Source: a virus (taxonomy: Duplodnaviria > Caudoviricetes). Taken from it: DNA of 64,000 bases. Positions 17,131 through 26,776 of this stretch are shown one piece after another. The notes beneath the pieces were generated by a model. The model was not told where the DNA came from, ran no database searches, and saw only the letters and a list, made by a program, of their open reading frames with translations. Position 1 is the first letter of the stretch. Every line of letters begins with the position of its first letter. The DNA lies in IMG/VR virus record IMGVR_UViG_3300043427_000994. One strand, given 5' to 3'. Position numbers and translations under genes: made by a program.

Positions 17131-17522
17131 TAGAATCTCCCTAGCACTGCTTCACTGGCACGTTTAGCCTGTGTCTGCATAATTTTCTTTTTAATGTTAC
17201 AATATGTTTCTGTACCTTGGCTGTCTTTGCTACGTTTTACAAAATCACTAACAGTATCCTGTAAAGGTTTAACTAATTTTAAAACATCTTGTTGTCTAAA
17301 ACCTTTGCTTTCGCTGTACAACTGGAACCAAAGAATATCAGTTTCAATTTTTTCTGCTTGTGGAAGATGTGGCTTAGAACAATCTAAAGTTTCAACACTG
17401 TGTCTAACATCAATTATTTTAGCACTTTGATTGTCGTCCCAGAAACTAGGAATTATGCTTTTTATATTAGCACAGCCTGATAACGAAACAACAATAGCAG
17501 TTGACAATAAAATTTTTTTCAT
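17130..17522 (-). CDS. lipoprotein
   Basis: MKK + hydrophobic core + LSGC lipobox. Confidence 0.8.
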   Translation of the reverse strand: MKKILLSTAIVVSLSGCANIKSIIPSFWDDNQSAKIIDVRHSVETLDCSKPHLPQAEKIETDILWFQLYSESKGFRQQDVLKLVKPLQDTVSDFVKRSKDSQGTETYCNIKKKIMQTQAKRASEAVLGRF

Positions 17523-18704
17523 TTAAAAATCTTGACTTTTTGATTGTTTTAATTCTTGTGCGGCTTTGTTAATAGCCCCCCACTTCCCGCCCATTGGACC
17601 TGGAAAACCAGGATTAGGACCTTGAACTCCTAATTGTTTTGCAACCTGCTCTGGAGACATACCCTTGGCTAGTAATGGTCTTGCTTTGGCAAGCGTTTCA
17701 ATATATTCTGGTGTAGCACCGCCCTCACTTAGTGAATTTGACACACTTTCTTTTGGTACGCAGTTATTAACTCTTACACCACCTTTGACTTTGGTCTTAG
17801 GATTACCTATTTTCTTTCCAGACCAGCACTTAGGATCTAAACGTGTTTTAGTTGCCTTGGCTTCTGCTAGAAAATTTTGCTCTGCTTCTTGTAGGTAATC
17901 TAAGAAAGATTTCTTACCTTCTGTAGCAGGAGCATTAACCTGAGCCATTGCTCTATTGTAAGTTGCTTCTTTATCTTTATTGCCCATAGCATATAAATCT
18001 TTACCACTTGGCGCATTATTTGGATCTTGGGTAGTCATACGTTTAGATGTTATACCTTTAGCGTTTTTATTCATGCCTACAGTAGTGGTGCCCATGTTAT
18101 ACTCTGCGTCAGTTTCTAAAGGTTTACCAGTTTTATCGTATGTTTGAGAAGTGTTCAGTGGTCCAGCCATGTATCTTACAGTGATGTTTCCTGTAACTAG
18201 GTCATGTTCTTGACTTAGTCCACTAAAACTAGGGCTTCGATACATGATTGGTTTGTTATTTTTGTCAAATTTAAACAAGCCTTGACCGCTAGTGTGTTCT
18301 TTAGAACCGTCGGGATTAAGTTTAATTGATACACCGTCTCCCATGTCATTGGCGCCGGGCTGTAGTTGTACATTGGGCAATACAGGTGCTGTAGGAACTT
18401 GGAGATTAGGTTTAAAACCTGGATCTCCGGGTTTACCTTGTTCGCCTAAATCGTTGTCTTCTTTTTTACTAGAATTATCCGCAGTCTTAACGCCATACAT
18501 CTTAGCCACTGCTTTTTCATCGTATGGCCTAAAGTCGCTGAGTTTATCTCTAGTAGCACTACCGGCCGCAACAATTTTATCAGCAACTGTTTTTAATGTA
18601 TTGTTTTCATGGACAATAGACACGAAACGGCGCATATCATTTGCGCCTTCCACTTTGCGACTAGATGCTTTGTCTAGTGCTTGTAAGATTCGTTTCATGT
18701 CCAT
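17523..18704 (-). CDS. putative internal virion protein
   Basis: modular; contains CWSG.K....K.KGGVRVNNCVP module flanked by LAE/KES/LSE sites. Confidence 0.6.
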   Translation of the reverse strand: MDMKRILQALDKASSRKVEGANDMRRFVSIVHENNTLKTVADKIVAAGSATRDKLSDFRPYDEKAVAKMYGVKTADNSSKKEDNDLGEQGKPGDPGFKPNLQVPTAPVLPNVQLQPGANDMGDGVSIKLNPDGSKEHTSGQGLFKFDKNNKPIMYRSPSFSGLSQEHDLVTGNITVRYMAGPLNTSQTYDKTGKPLETDAEYNMGTTTVGMNKNAKGITSKRMTTQDPNNAPSGKDLYAMGNKDKEATYNRAMAQVNAPATEGKKSFLDYLQEAEQNFLAEAKATKTRLDPKCWSGKKIGNPKTKVKGGVRVNNCVPKESVSNSLSEGGATPEYIETLAKARPLLAKGMSPEQVAKQLGVQGPNPGFPGPMGGKWGAINKAAQELKQSKSQDF

Positions 18705-18708
18705 GGTG

Positions 18709-20331
18709 TTATCCGTTCAAACGTGTTAGGAATTGTTTCATACGAATCAACTCGGCAGATTCGGCAATCATGCTTTCTGACATTGAGCATTCTTTCATAC
18801 CATGTACTGGGCAAGATTCACCTTTTGGTGACTCGTTGCACTTACCTGAAGATTCTTTAACTTTTTCGTCTTTCTTAGCAAAAGGATTTTCTTTCTTATC
18901 AGCAATAGCCTTTTTCATTGTTTCTTTCTTGTCGCCGTCTTTGTCCATATCTAAGAAGTCTGGCTTACCTTTGCCTGCTTTCTTTTCAGCAACAACTTTT
19001 CTAACAATACTCTTAACTAGGTCTTGGTCTTCTTTAAATGCTGGATTTGTAGGACCAGGAGTTTTTTCACTCCACTCTTTACCTTTGTTTGGACCAGAAG
19101 TTACTTTAGGATACTTGCCAGTCTTTGGATCTTTCTTAGGAGCGGCTGTAGCACCATCTGGTGGACTCATCTCGTTTGTTGGCTCTGGTGAATTTAACTC
19201 GATTTCGCTTTTATATTTTCCGGCTTTAGCTCTTTTTGCGTAGACATCCTCATCGGGTTTTTCACCGGCTGTGTCCTTCTTCATTAAATTACTGACACCC
19301 TTTCCTATTTTTCTTCCTAATTTTGAAATAGGATCAGTTGGTTCAGGCATCTTAAATCCGCCAGCAGTTCCTAAAGATTCGTCAGTTTTCTTTTTCTTTT
19401 CTGGAAGACCTTTGTGTTTTGTACTGGCAAAGTCTTCAGCATCTTTCTTGCTCATGCCTTTAGCGGCTTTGGCAACTTCTTTGCTGGCTGGCTTTTCGCC
19501 TTTCTTGGCCGCATGTACCATACCCATAAATTTTTGTTGTGCTTTGCTCACAGCCTTTTCAACTACCTGAGTAAGAGCTTCCTTAATCATTTCGTCTTTT
19601 TGTTTTTTGCTCTTGGCTGCTTTTTCTGCTTTGGCAATCTTTTCTGCGGCTTCGTCAATCTCATCCTTAACACGGATGCTGGCCACAGTCCAACCTGGAT
19701 TATCACGCTTCATACGATCACGTACTTCACCTTGACTTTCGCCTTCGTCGGCAACAGTGGTAACGCCACGAGTTTTGTTATCTTTTTCAAGTTTGACAAA
19801 GTATTGTTTACGTTCTGATTTTTCTACTTTGCCTTTTTTCTTATCGCTGGCTCGAACACCGCTGGCTTCTATTTTGGCTTCGTCTAAATCTTCTTCTTTT
19901 TTGTCTTCGGCTTTTTTGCCTTTAACGTTTTTCTTAACAGCACCTTCTAATAGTGCCTGAAGTTTTTGTTCGTATGTTGTCATAGATTCATCTACCTTTT
20001 TATCATTTAATTCTTCTTCATCGTCCATGTCCGAGATTGTATCTGTTTTCACTACTTCATCATCTGCTTCATCGGTGATATCTTCAATACTTGATGCGGT
20101 AGTTCCACCGCCAAATTTCATTTGATATTCCATATAGTGATAAACAGAATCGAGATAATCAGCAGATTTAGTAATCTTAGCCTGTACCCATCCTTCAAGG
20201 TCTTGGTTTTCGTCAATCATCTGAAATAACTTCATAGAGTACTTTGCGGCTCTATAAAGCTCAGATTTTGCCATTTGACCTTCATGATCATCTACGGGTC
20301 TTGGCACTATTGGTTTAATCTCGTCATGCAT
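18709..20331 (-). CDS. putative internal virion/scaffold-like protein, Lys/Glu-rich
   Basis: EGQMAKSEL..LEGWVQAKIT module, KAVSKAQQKFMG module, DFLDMDKDGDKKE Ca-loop-like motif, many xxE sites. Confidence 0.6.
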   Translation of the reverse strand: MHDEIKPIVPRPVDDHEGQMAKSELYRAAKYSMKLFQMIDENQDLEGWVQAKITKSADYLDSVYHYMEYQMKFGGGTTASSIEDITDEADDEVVKTDTISDMDDEEELNDKKVDESMTTYEQKLQALLEGAVKKNVKGKKAEDKKEEDLDEAKIEASGVRASDKKKGKVEKSERKQYFVKLEKDNKTRGVTTVADEGESQGEVRDRMKRDNPGWTVASIRVKDEIDEAAEKIAKAEKAAKSKKQKDEMIKEALTQVVEKAVSKAQQKFMGMVHAAKKGEKPASKEVAKAAKGMSKKDAEDFASTKHKGLPEKKKKTDESLGTAGGFKMPEPTDPISKLGRKIGKGVSNLMKKDTAGEKPDEDVYAKRAKAGKYKSEIELNSPEPTNEMSPPDGATAAPKKDPKTGKYPKVTSGPNKGKEWSEKTPGPTNPAFKEDQDLVKSIVRKVVAEKKAGKGKPDFLDMDKDGDKKETMKKAIADKKENPFAKKDEKVKESSGKCNESPKGESCPVHGMKECSMSESMIAESAELIRMKQFLTRLNG

Positions 20332-20352
20332 GGTTAAAATCTCCTGATACTG

Positions 20353-20359
20353 TATTTAT
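20353..20359 (-). promoter_or_regulatory. T4-like late promoter core
   Basis: GATAAATAC followed by AGGAG RBS and start at 20331. Confidence 0.65.
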
Positions 20360-21780
20360 CGTTTAATGCTTCCGCCGGTCAGTAGATTTGCTCCTTTAAC
20401 ATCTAGAGCATTTTTAGCAGTACCGTCTTTATTTTTAAAGGTTTTTCCAGGTTTGTTTTTATATACCGCACCTACTCCTACACTGGCAGCACTAGTAGCG
20501 CCAGCAGTGGCAGTTTCGTCAAACTTTTCAATACCGCGGCTCTGTACCCCACCTTTTTTACGTTTAGCAGCCAATTCTTCTAAACCGTGACGTACTTGTT
20601 CTAAGTTCTGTTCTAAACCCATAAACATTCCGCCTTTGGCTAATTTAGTAATCTGTAACCACATGCCTAAATCATCGCTTTCGGCCATCTGTGCTAGTTC
20701 TTGTAACTGCTTACGTGTTTGTAAAATACGTCCTTTTAGTGTCATAGGATTGGCTTTTTCGTGTCCATGTATCATAGGATCCATAGGATCGTCTGTGGCA
20801 GCAATAGGTGTTTCTTTAACAGATTGTTGAGATTTTTTATCTTTAGGATAAGCAGTATCTCCGTATTTAACTTTATCATTAACTGGACTTTGTCCCTTAA
20901 ATGCCGCTTTAATTTTTTCTAACGTTCCTGAACTATTGTCTTGTTGTTCGTGGGTAAGTTGATCAGCAACAGTTTCTTGCATTTGTCCCATTTGTACGGC
21001 TTGAGCAGCCAATCTAGGAGGAATACCCTGTTTAACTAATTCTGCTTGAACTTGTTGTTCGCTCATACCTTTGTCAAGTAAGGCTTTAGCACGTTTTGCC
21101 AGAGCCATCATATCTATTGCGCCACCTTCTGCTAGAGGATCTAATTGTCTTCCGCTGGCATATTTTTCCCAGTGTAAATGAGGCCCTGTACTAAATCCAG
21201 TACTACCAACATCACCGACACGCTCTCCTTTTTTAACTTCGTCGCCAGGTTTAACTGCTATTCTAGACAAATGCATAAATTTATGTTTTATTCCAGCAGT
21301 TGTAACTAGTTCAACTGTATTACCTGCCGAGCCCAACATTCCGGCAAATGTTATTTTGCCATCGTTAGTGGCAACTACAGGAGTACCTGTAGGTGCGGCA
21401 ATGTCAACTCCAGGATGGGGTATCCTATTACCTTTCGGACCAGTAACAATTCTACCATAGGGGCCGCTAATTCTGCCCTTAGTTGGCATTATTTCGCTGG
21501 AACTAGATGCTGTATCTTTACTAGTAGCGTCTTTGCTAGTAGTGTCTTTGCTAGTAGTGGTAGCATCTTTACCGGGACTATCTTTACTAGGTTCTTTATC
21601 TCCAAGTGAGATTCCGCTGGTATCTGCTGTATATTTTTTAATAGCGGCTCGAGTAAATGGTCCCATAAAACCGTCTGCTCCGGTAGGACCTAAATTATAG
21701 CCTTTAGATATTAAAAATTTCTGTATTTTTTGAGTTGCTAAATTAAATAAACCTTCATTAATTATATCTAGTACTTTCAT
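20356..21780 (-). CDS. peptidoglycan-binding + M23 metallopeptidase protein
   Basis: N-terminal PG-binding (IQKFLISKGY.LGP.GADG.MGP.T); HPGVD, HFMH and STGPHLHWE M23 motifs; leader MKVLDIINE. Confidence 0.85.
   Translation of the reverse strand: MKVLDIINEGLFNLATQKIQKFLISKGYNLGPTGADGFMGPFTRAAIKKYTADTSGISLGDKEPSKDSPGKDATTTSKDTTSKDATSKDTASSSSEIMPTKGRISGPYGRIVTGPKGNRIPHPGVDIAAPTGTPVVATNDGKITFAGMLGSAGNTVELVTTAGIKHKFMHLSRIAVKPGDEVKKGERVGDVGSTGFSTGPHLHWEKYASGRQLDPLAEGGAIDMMALAKRAKALLDKGMSEQQVQAELVKQGIPPRLAAQAVQMGQMQETVADQLTHEQQDNSSGTLEKIKAAFKGQSPVNDKVKYGDTAYPKDKKSQQSVKETPIAATDDPMDPMIHGHEKANPMTLKGRILQTRKQLQELAQMAESDDLGMWLQITKLAKGGMFMGLEQNLEQVRHGLEELAAKRKKGGVQSRGIEKFDETATAGATSAASVGVGAVYKNKPGKTFKNKDGTAKNALDVKGANLLTGGSIKR
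21507..21570. repeat. degenerate 15-bp repeats (SKDTT/SKDAT linker)
   Basis: GTCTTTGCTAGTAGY units. Confidence 0.7.
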
Positions 21781-23471
21781 TTCTTTTTTCCTTGACGCAT
21801 GTTAATCTGCCAGTGTGCTAGTTGTTTCTTACGTGGACTAGCACTGTCACTGCTACGTATCTTCTTTAACTGTGCTATACTCATACCTTTACTAATGCCG
21901 TGACGCTTACTATCTCCCTTATCTTGAGGATTTTTTCCATCAGCAAAGTTTTCATCTACATTATATGTTGGATCAACTTTTTGACGTCTCATACCCTTAG
22001 GCTGTTTAGGATCAACAGGATCTATATCTGTAGTGGTAAGTCCAGTTTTCATCAAAGCATCGATGTATTTGTGTTCTTCTTCCTCGCTGCCAAACGAGAT
22101 AATTGTGCTCGGAGGTCCTTTTCCAAAATCGTGTTTACCTAACCCTTTAAGATTGCTAATGTGCATTCCTAATTTGTACCAGTCATAGACATCACTGACA
22201 TCTACTTTTACAGTACCTTTTGGCATTGTAGGTTTAAATTCTGGACCATACGGAGGATCATTTACATGACGATCTTCTTCTTTTTTCTTTCCTTGACAAT
22301 GAGCACGTTGACTAAATCCTTTAGGATTGTTACAGTCAATACTACGTTTATATTTGTCACTCCATCCTTCATTAAATTGATCAGGGTGTTTTCTTCCCCA
22401 CCAACGTAATAATACACCTGCTAGAGCATTTGCTTCATTTTCATCTGGACTACCAGTTTCACCATTAAGTTCACGTGCTTCGTTTTGTTTGCGGTGTACT
22501 AGTTCGTGCGCCAGTGTACGCATGATGTCCATTTGATGACGATCTTTAACGGTAACAACAATGTTCTGTGTTTCTGGATCAAAATAACCTAACGCACTAG
22601 TCCCACTATCGGAAACTAGTTTAATACGTGGAGCCTGCTCTATTTCTAATAGTTTGATTGCCCATAGAGCAAATTCTTTAATACGTTGTTTTTTATCAGA
22701 AGTCCATGCTTCGTTGATTTGTTCTCCAACACCACCACCGTCGCCACTACCACCTTCTCCAGATGATGCTCCAATAGCACTGCTGTACCCAGTATTCACT
22801 CCGTACAGTCCATAAGGACCGGGCCCCCATGCCGCACCATATACACGTTTAGATTTACGCTTTTTCTTTTTACGTTCTTCTAATGCCGATACATCACCGT
22901 TTCCTGTAATGTGATAGGCATCAAATGTTACATCGGGATATTCTTGTTCTAATTCTTTGAATACACGCAGGTTAGTCATGGAATCGTCGTAAAGACTTAC
23001 TTGATTAAATTTTCCAGTATCTAAATAACGTCTTACCCATACTGCTTTCTTTTCAGCAGGACCCCCCTTGCCAGGCAAATTGCCTGCTCGGTGTACATGA
23101 ATCTTGCTCATGTCTATGCCGTGATCGGCAAATGTCTGTAGGAAAGTTTCTTTATCGTCAAAGTCTGCTCGGGCAGTTAACATGATAACCTTGCCGCGAG
23201 TATGATCTAATATTGTTTTTAATTCGTCAAGCATAGGACCAATTGGCTCACTTTCTTGACGAAACTTTTCAGCATTGCGGAACTCGCCAAAATCGTAGTC
23301 TTCGCCGTCTTGAAGTTCGTAGTTATTAAATTCTTGGTTAGTTAGAGAGCGCACAACTTCGCCATCTTTAACAACATTAATTTTAGCAGTCGTGTGGAAC
23401 AGTGTATCGTCTATATCAAATATAGTTAAGATACCTTTTGGCCTATCTTTGACAAAATCACTTGCTCTCAT
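21777..23471 (-). CDS. multidomain protein: HAD phosphatase + zincin HExxH domain + small modules
   Basis: FDIDDTLF, LTAR, K, YDDS HAD motifs I-IV; LAHELVH..Q...ENEAN; domains separated by INE/FNE/VDE. Confidence 0.8.
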   Translation of the reverse strand: MRASDFVKDRPKGILTIFDIDDTLFHTTAKINVVKDGEVVRSLTNQEFNNYELQDGEDYDFGEFRNAEKFRQESEPIGPMLDELKTILDHTRGKVIMLTARADFDDKETFLQTFADHGIDMSKIHVHRAGNLPGKGGPAEKKAVWVRRYLDTGKFNQVSLYDDSMTNLRVFKELEQEYPDVTFDAYHITGNGDVSALEERKKKKRKSKRVYGAAWGPGPYGLYGVNTGYSSAIGASSGEGGSGDGGGVGEQINEAWTSDKKQRIKEFALWAIKLLEIEQAPRIKLVSDSGTSALGYFDPETQNIVVTVKDRHQMDIMRTLAHELVHRKQNEARELNGETGSPDENEANALAGVLLRWWGRKHPDQFNEGWSDKYKRSIDCNNPKGFSQRAHCQGKKKEEDRHVNDPPYGPEFKPTMPKGTVKVDVSDVYDWYKLGMHISNLKGLGKHDFGKGPPSTIISFGSEEEEHKYIDALMKTGLTTTDIDPVDPKQPKGMRRQKVDPTYNVDENFADGKNPQDKGDSKRHGISKGMSIAQLKKIRSSDSASPRKKQLAHWQINMRQGKKK

Positions 23472-23673
23472 TTTTTCCTACCGGTGGTTCACCTGTTAAG
23501 TACGGTTTACTAAACCATAATTGGAACCACTCATCTGTTCCAGGTTTAATGTTATGCTTCTTTTCTAATTCTCTTTTTTCTGTGCCTGTAATACTTATGT
23601 TACTGCCGCCGTAAGGCTGGTAACCTTTAAATTCTGAAATGCCTGCTAAACGTTTAAGATCTTCTATGTTCAT
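23458..23673 (-). CDS. small putative internal virion protein
   Basis: MNIEDLKRLAGISE leader; IKPGTDEWFQLWF. Confidence 0.65.
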   Translation of the reverse strand: MNIEDLKRLAGISEFKGYQPYGGSNISITGTEKRELEKKHNIKPGTDEWFQLWFSKPYLTGEPPVGKNESK

Positions 23674-24790
23674 TATCTTTATTTCTATGCTGTCTATATG
23701 GGTTTATAAAATCTTCTTCCCATGTACCTTCTTTAACTGCCCAGGCAAAATCTATAATGCGCCCTAGGCCGCCACCTATTTCACCAAACAAATCATCAAG
23801 ATGTAACACTTCGTCAAATGTAGCACCAGTACCTTCCATTATTAAACTAACAATCCAGTCGTTATCGCTGTTATCAATGGCTTCGTCGTATTTGGACCAA
23901 AGTTTGGGATTCTCTACAATGCGTTCGCCTAATCTACCTAACTTTTTAACTAAAGAAAATTCACGATCCATGGGCTCGGCGTCTTCCGTCAAACCATATT
24001 TTTTCATTAGAGCATATATTGGGCTACCTGGCGCAGGATTTTTTCCTGACTTTAAAAAAGCATTGATCATTCCCAATTCATGTTTCTTACGCTCAGCATC
24101 TTCTCCAATGTCGTCATTGGATTTTTTCTGTTTGACTTCGCCCTTCTTTTCAGAACGTTTGGCTTCTTTTTCTGCTTTTGCTCTGTCTCTTTCTTGTTGT
24201 TTTCTTAATTTTTCTTCTTCGGCCTGCATGTAAGGTAACATATATTCTCGAACAAGATCAAAATAAGGACGACCAGCAACTGTAGTATCTGCGGGTACAC
24301 CGGAAAATTTTTCAAAGTCTTGAGGATTGTTTTCTTTAACTGCTTTGCGAACTAGACTTGCTTCACTCTTACGATCTGCTTTTTCCCATTCTATTCCGGC
24401 AAATTTATAATAACCGTGAGGACCTTCAATGCCATTTTGTTTTTGTATCATTGGTACGTAAATGTTTTTATCCTCAGGATCTGTAACTATACGTAAAATT
24501 GTGTTTTCACTGTGTTCCTTAAAAACCATAACAGCCAATGTAAACCAACTCTGTTCCGCAACTAAATGTCCTTCTATTTCAGGATACACAGTTTTCATTG
24601 CTTCAATTTTAATTTCAAAAGGTAATGGATCTTTAGGACCTTCGGTACTTTGGTTAGTGCCAATATACCAATGGGGAAACTTAGAAGCAACTATCCAAGC
24701 ATCTCGATGACCATAGTGAGGAGGATTAAACCTACCAAACATAATAGCAACATCATTGTTTTTATTTTCAAATAATTGTCTTAATCTCAT
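23654..24790 (-). CDS. HxGH (cytidyltransferase/NMNAT-like) nucleotidyltransferase
   Basis: MFGRFNPPHYGH, DPLPF..K, SEASLVR motifs; leader MRLRQLFE. Confidence 0.85.
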   Translation of the reverse strand: MRLRQLFENKNNDVAIMFGRFNPPHYGHRDAWIVASKFPHWYIGTNQSTEGPKDPLPFEIKIEAMKTVYPEIEGHLVAEQSWFTLAVMVFKEHSENTILRIVTDPEDKNIYVPMIQKQNGIEGPHGYYKFAGIEWEKADRKSEASLVRKAVKENNPQDFEKFSGVPADTTVAGRPYFDLVREYMLPYMQAEEEKLRKQQERDRAKAEKEAKRSEKKGEVKQKKSNDDIGEDAERKKHELGMINAFLKSGKNPAPGSPIYALMKKYGLTEDAEPMDREFSLVKKLGRLGERIVENPKLWSKYDEAIDNSDNDWIVSLIMEGTGATFDEVLHLDDLFGEIGGGLGRIIDFAWAVKEGTWEEDFINPYRQHRNKDNEHRRS

Positions 24791-24791
24791 A

Positions 24792-25937
24792 TTATTCCCC
24801 AGGGGTCCATCGTTTTCTAGGTACTAGTTTTACATTACCAAATCTTTTATCACTGCCAGCATAGCGAACGCGACCTTCTCCTTCGGTGTCCCAAATATCC
24901 CCTTGTTCTCCTTCAATCTGATCGATAATATCATCTTTCATATCTTGTATCATTTTCACCAGTGTAAATATTGCGCTAAGGGAGCCGTTGTATTGGGTGT
25001 TAAGAGTTTGTATTTTTTGTTGTTTAGGTTCACTGACTTTGCTAGTAGTGAGCCAATTAAAAAACATCTGTTCACTAATATTATCTAATTGTTTGGCTTT
25101 AGCAGTTTGATTTACAAACTTATATAAGATTTCTTTTAAATCACTAAGTCCTGCTTGCGGTTGTAGGAAGCCGTCAATTTGTTTGCCATGTTGTTTTAGA
25201 TATTTTTCTACATCTGTAACAGCATTGGTATCTACTGATATTGGTTTCTTATTGTATATTGGACCTAATACAATCAAGTTGCCTGTTTTATTAAATTCTT
25301 CAAAACTATCTTTAGGTTTTTGTTCTGAGTCTGGCGCACCAAAGCGATCAAACTCAGCATGTCCAACAACCATAACTTCTGCTTTGGCAATTTTCTTTCC
25401 TAATTCACTGTTCTTACGAACATGATAGCAGGTTTTTGATTTTGGATTAGGACAAAAAGTATAAACACCTTCTGAATCTAATTGTGGCGGATCTAAAAAT
25501 AATCCGTCAGCATAAACGAATCCTACAAAATCTTTCGGTGTGGCTTGATCAAACAGCGGATATAAACTAGAAAACTTTTCAGCAAATTGATCTCTCTGAG
25601 CTTTTTCTTCAGGAGTTTTAGGATTTCCACTTTGATTAGAAATAAAATCTTTAACTTCTTCTGGGCTAGTACTTTTAGCACCTCGAGCCCAACCATTGTG
25701 TCCTGCTAAGATAAGAGGACCACCTTTGGTTTCACGTCCCCAATAAATTTGAGGATTACCGTCCCACTTCATGCGAATACTTTCAGCACCTTGTTGGGTA
25801 GCAAAGTCTTTGATGTGCGATAATGCTTCCATGGTGCCCTCGCTACCATAAAAGAATACTAGATCTTCTAGGTGATTAAATGTCCGACCTAATTGTTTAG
25901 TGGCGGTTGATTCTCTAAATAGTTCTCTAAGCCTCAT
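24792..25937 (-). CDS. ligase-like covalent nucleotidyltransferase (HLED/KWDG family)
   Basis: HLEDL, KWDG (motif I KxDG), ADGLF, EGEGRV (motif IV-like), VKLV (motif V-like); leader MRLRELFRE. Confidence 0.65.
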   Translation of the reverse strand: MRLRELFRESTATKQLGRTFNHLEDLVFFYGSEGTMEALSHIKDFATQQGAESIRMKWDGNPQIYWGRETKGGPLILAGHNGWARGAKSTSPEEVKDFISNQSGNPKTPEEKAQRDQFAEKFSSLYPLFDQATPKDFVGFVYADGLFLDPPQLDSEGVYTFCPNPKSKTCYHVRKNSELGKKIAKAEVMVVGHAEFDRFGAPDSEQKPKDSFEEFNKTGNLIVLGPIYNKKPISVDTNAVTDVEKYLKQHGKQIDGFLQPQAGLSDLKEILYKFVNQTAKAKQLDNISEQMFFNWLTTSKVSEPKQQKIQTLNTQYNGSLSAIFTLVKMIQDMKDDIIDQIEGEQGDIWDTEGEGRVRYAGSDKRFGNVKLVPRKRWTPGE

Positions 25938-26776
25938 TACGTATTCCTTGATTGCTTAGGATTTTTACGATCTTTCCACCGTTTGTCAGTAGAACACCAG
26001 TAACGTCCGTGATTGCCTTCAATGAGGCCTCTCATGTATGAAAACCAATCCACTGTGTTTAATTGGTTAACATCTTCTTTTTTAATAGTATCAACTTTCC
26101 AATTTGGGTCTTCTTCTGCTCTAGCCAACAATGCCTCTGATTCGTCTTGCGGTAAAGCAGTAAGTACACTTTCTACACTGCTTAGGTCTTCAGCATTGCT
26201 ATTGTCACCGATAAGAAGTTTTGCAATTTCGTCAAGATCGTCTGTGACAAAATCTCCCTTTTTACCTTCTGCGTTTCTGCTAAACAATCCCTGCCACGCA
26301 GACCACATGTAACCTTTGCTTTTAGCCAATAGGGCTAGAATTAATTGTTTATGAACTCCCTTGTATGGACTGTCGTTGGGAATACGATGTGTATGAAACT
26401 TAGAAATTTTTTCAGCATTAGGAGTTACCATAATATCAACTTGGTGGAATTCGTCGCCTACTGGCACTCGAACGTGAACATTAATTCCACTCTGTGTTGT
26501 ATCTAATCCTTTTCCGGAAATGTAATCTTTTAATGCTCGACGACCTTCTTTGGCATCTTTGGCTTTAAAATATTCTAATACAGATTTTTCATCTACAATG
26601 ACATCCATGTCTCCACTTTGTTTACCTGGAGTTGGAGTGGCAGCACTGCCTACAGGAATAATAGTAATACCTGTTCCTTCTAAAGCACCATTAACAACAT
26701 TGGTAATTTTAGGAACATTTTTATGATCAAAAGGTGTTACATCTGGAAAGGCATTACCGCCTTCTACTAAAATCAT
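25937..26776 (-). CDS. DNA polymerase beta-superfamily nucleotidyltransferase
   Basis: VGSA...SGDMDV and QVDIM (GS, DxD, third Asp). Confidence 0.8.
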   Translation of the reverse strand: MILVEGGNAFPDVTPFDHKNVPKITNVVNGALEGTGITIIPVGSAATPTPGKQSGDMDVIVDEKSVLEYFKAKDAKEGRRALKDYISGKGLDTTQSGINVHVRVPVGDEFHQVDIMVTPNAEKISKFHTHRIPNDSPYKGVHKQLILALLAKSKGYMWSAWQGLFSRNAEGKKGDFVTDDLDEIAKLLIGDNSNAEDLSSVESVLTALPQDESEALLARAEEDPNWKVDTIKKEDVNQLNTVDWFSYMRGLIEGNHGRYWCSTDKRWKDRKNPKQSRNT

